A program made the position numbers and the translations under genes. The notes under the pieces are model-generated. The model saw only the letters and a program-made list of their open reading frames with translations. It searched no databases and was not told the origin of the DNA. A stretch of DNA of 28,546 nucleotides from a virus (lineage: Duplodnaviria; Caudoviricetes): the IMG/VR virus record IMGVR_UViG_3300009156_000281, positions 1 to 28,546 of that record. The stretch is one strand, 5' to 3'. Positions 26,294 to 28,546 of the stretch are shown piece after piece; the stretch's first letter is position 1; each line of letters begins with the position of its first letter.

Positions 26294-27501
26294 TTCCCCT
26301 CCTTCTGCATCTTCGAGTAGTTCTCAACTACGGCTGTAGTCAAGACATAGACAATCTCCTTCTTCGTGCTACCATTGAGAGAAATCAACTTAATCGTTAC
26401 CGCCTTCTGAGCCTCTAGGGATTCTGCAATTCGGTCCAGCTCGTAGGAGTCAAAGTCTGCCCAGTGTTTCTTGAGCATATTGACTCTGGTCATAGCGTAG
26501 CCGTGTTCTTTCCGCGAGAGCAATTCCTTCAGGAAGGTCGCAGTCCCCACCGAAGTTATCGACTTCCCGCCTCCCATAGAAACCCTGCGCGCACCCGGCA
26601 CGAAGTCCTGACAGGCGATAATAGCCTCTTGCACATCTTCCTCCTCCAAGACTAGGTTGACCTTTCTGGAGAGGGAGATGAGCATTGCCGCCTTCAGGAT
26701 GTGGTCGTGCAACCGCTCGATGGTCCCTGTGGTATCCGTATACTCCCCATCGGAGAAGTCCGCATACCACTTGTTGTAAATCTCCCGAGCACCGTCTGAA
26801 TACGTGAACTGACCACGAAGCTGAGATAGAACTTTCAGATACTTCGCAAGTTCTGGAATCTCGATAGACTCCTTAGGCTTGCTGGTCAGTGGGTTGACGA
26901 TGCTCTTCCTGTCTGCATGGATGATATTGGTGCGCGCCACGAATCCACCTCCGAGGGCGTTGTCCGGGACAGCGTCCTTGAAGTGAACTTCGTTACTCGC
27001 TCCAATCATCGTCAGACATGGATTCTTCAGCTTTTCCGAGCCGCTGCCTTTGGTGAGGTTTGTCCATTCGGGGTTGTAGTCGCCGTCGTATAGGTCTGTG
27101 AGGATGGTTAGTGCTTGTTGGTCTTGGATGATGAAACTTGCAAACTCCGAAGTCGTCAGGAATCCAGAAGCGTCAGTCAAGGGAGGGCCTCCATTATCAC
27201 TGGTCTTGGCTTTCTGAAGTTCAGTGATAATAGCTTGGATACTTGCCCTTCCCGAAATGACCCGAGTATTACCTACCTCTGTGACCAACCGTTTTGCTAG
27301 TGCTACGGGTGGCCCCTTTCTGATCCCGGATTTACCCACGAGCAGGACGTAAATGTTAGGGTATAGCTTGTAATAGAACTTGTCAAGATACACCTGATTT
27401 TTCACGACTGCTGCGATGGCTGACATACCGGCCCAGTAGTAATACTTTCTAGGACTCTCTGACTCCTTAGTTACTGACATCAGATGGTCCAGCCATGTCA
27501 T
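26290..27501 (-). CDS. DUF3987/YfjI-type P-loop NTPase, putative replicative helicase
   Basis: LYPNIYVLLVGKSGIRKG (Walker A-like), SEF (Walker B-like), LTDLYD, NPCLTMIGAS and GGFVAR (Arg finger-like); adjacent to the DNA polymerase. Confidence 0.75.
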   Translation of the reverse strand: MTWLDHLMSVTKESESPRKYYYWAGMSAIAAVVKNQVYLDKFYYKLYPNIYVLLVGKSGIRKGPPVALAKRLVTEVGNTRVISGRASIQAIITELQKAKTSDNGGPPLTDASGFLTTSEFASFIIQDQQALTILTDLYDGDYNPEWTNLTKGSGSEKLKNPCLTMIGASNEVHFKDAVPDNALGGGFVARTNIIHADRKSIVNPLTSKPKESIEIPELAKYLKVLSQLRGQFTYSDGAREIYNKWYADFSDGEYTDTTGTIERLHDHILKAAMLISLSRKVNLVLEEEDVQEAIIACQDFVPGARRVSMGGGKSITSVGTATFLKELLSRKEHGYAMTRVNMLKKHWADFDSYELDRIAESLEAQKAVTIKLISLNGSTKKEIVYVLTTAVVENYSKMQKEGN

Positions 27502-27510
27502 CTCGTCCCC

Positions 27511-28545
27511 TTAAGCTGCTACTGGTAAGTAATCGTGCATTCCATCACATCCTCTACAGCCCTTAACTTTGCACTCCTTGTAGTTCCGTCCGACCTTGGC
27601 TTCTGAAGGGATTATCAGCTTGCCACGAGAGAGGGTGCAGTTAGCGAAGTCGATGGGCTTATTCAACTCCTCAGTCATGATCTGCACGTATCTCTCGACG
27701 TAATCATTGGGGACTAATCCAACGAATGCGTCGTGAGCCTCCACTACGAACGGGGTTTTGCCTCCGATGAAGCGTGGGAGAACCTTGTCCGCCCAGAAGC
27801 GAGGAAGAGCTCGTAACCCAGCCTGTCTAAGGTGATCTGGGACAGTTGACTGGGGTATGTGCGCGTAGGCTTCTCGGTAGAGGTCATCTCCCCATCTACC
27901 AAAGAATTTGCGGTATCGTCCGAAAGGCGAGACAAGGACACGGTCGTTTTTGTCAATCGCATCCCTGATTTCTTTGTGAAAGACTTGACGGATAGGAGGA
28001 TTGAACTGATGGAACTTTTCGAGTATTTTGCCTCCTTGCCACTCAGAAATGCTGATGTTAATACCGAACTTCTTGGCGTCCGTATTAACAATTTGCATGA
28101 GTCTCTTTTTGCCCATGTCATAGTTTCCAGCATGGCGAGTTGTTTTACCGATAAACCTAAACTCAGGAGTAACTTTTTCAAAGGCCACACCAAATATCCA
28201 GGTCGATGTAAGCCGATGTATGTCAACTTTATCGTCGAACAACTTGAGGGTTTTTTCATCTCGTCCTAGGAGCGCGACAATCCTAGCCTCCGCTTGCGAA
28301 AGGTCGATTTCGACGAATGAGTAGCCTGGGTCTGCGATGAAGTAGGAGCGAAGTTCTGCCCCTATCTCACCGTGCTTTGTCATCGTTTGGAAAGCGAGTC
28401 CAATCTTTTCGGGTCGTAGGGGCTGCTTAAGGATGCTGTTAGAGCTTCGCCCGGTTTCAGTTCCACAGATTCTGACACTAGTTCGCATCCGTCCGTCGTA
28501 GTCAGGCTTAGCCTCAAAGTAAGTCCCCTTGGACTTACGTAATCG
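27511..28545 (-). CDS. polA: DNA polymerase family A, polymerase domain (5' partial)
   Basis: Frame is open to the window edge (RKSKGTYFEAKPDYDGRMRT). Shows TETGRSS, motif A DLSQAEARIVA, D[IV]H, motif B RFIGKTTRHAGNY, SPFGRYR and motif C AHDA. Confidence 0.93.
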   Translation of the reverse strand, partial: RLRKSKGTYFEAKPDYDGRMRTSVRICGTETGRSSNSILKQPLRPEKIGLAFQTMTKHGEIGAELRSYFIADPGYSFVEIDLSQAEARIVALLGRDEKTLKLFDDKVDIHRLTSTWIFGVAFEKVTPEFRFIGKTTRHAGNYDMGKKRLMQIVNTDAKKFGINISISEWQGGKILEKFHQFNPPIRQVFHKEIRDAIDKNDRVLVSPFGRYRKFFGRWGDDLYREAYAHIPQSTVPDHLRQAGLRALPRFWADKVLPRFIGGKTPFVVEAHDAFVGLVPNDYVERYVQIMTEELNKPIDFANCTLSRGKLIIPSEAKVGRNYKECKVKGCRGCDGMHDYLPVAA

Positions 28546-28546
28546 G

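Noticed and set aside
28519-28538. Perfect 8-bp inverted repeat gtaagtcc-cctt-ggacttac
   Set aside because: It lies inside conserved polA coding sequence, has no U-tract, and is a single occurrence compatible with chance.
1-28546. Stop-codon reassignment, tRNA genes, integrase/att sites, lysis cassette
   Set aside because: TAA, TAG and TGA all end long genes, and coding density is near complete under code 11. No cloverleaf, recombinase, endolysin or holin was recognisable by eye.

Overview
A 28.5-kb piece of a tailed dsDNA phage with a P22/T7-type podovirus layout. No tape measure, sheath, lysis genes or integrase are visible. The + strand (1-26293) is one tightly coupled morphogenesis operon: C-terminal part of the large terminase, portal, scaffold, major capsid, small accessory genes (one Acb2/Tad1-like), head-tail adaptor, tail hub, tail-fibre-like genes, a GNAT gene and three putative ejection proteins, the largest with a ParB-like domain. 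The - strand (26290-28546) converges on it with a DUF3987-type P-loop helicase and a partial family A DNA polymerase with atypical motif B and C residues. The standout is a three-gene cassette inside the tail module (15493-18952). It encodes a protein with 36 His-x-Asn/Asp tripeptides, a radical SAM/SPASM enzyme whose own C-terminus repeats His-x-Asp five times, and a DUF483-like Cys-rich domain fused to a class I methyltransferase. No peptidase, exporter or RRE is present, so it looks like RiPP-type machinery that may modify a virion protein. All family calls come from reading motifs by eye; no database searches were run.
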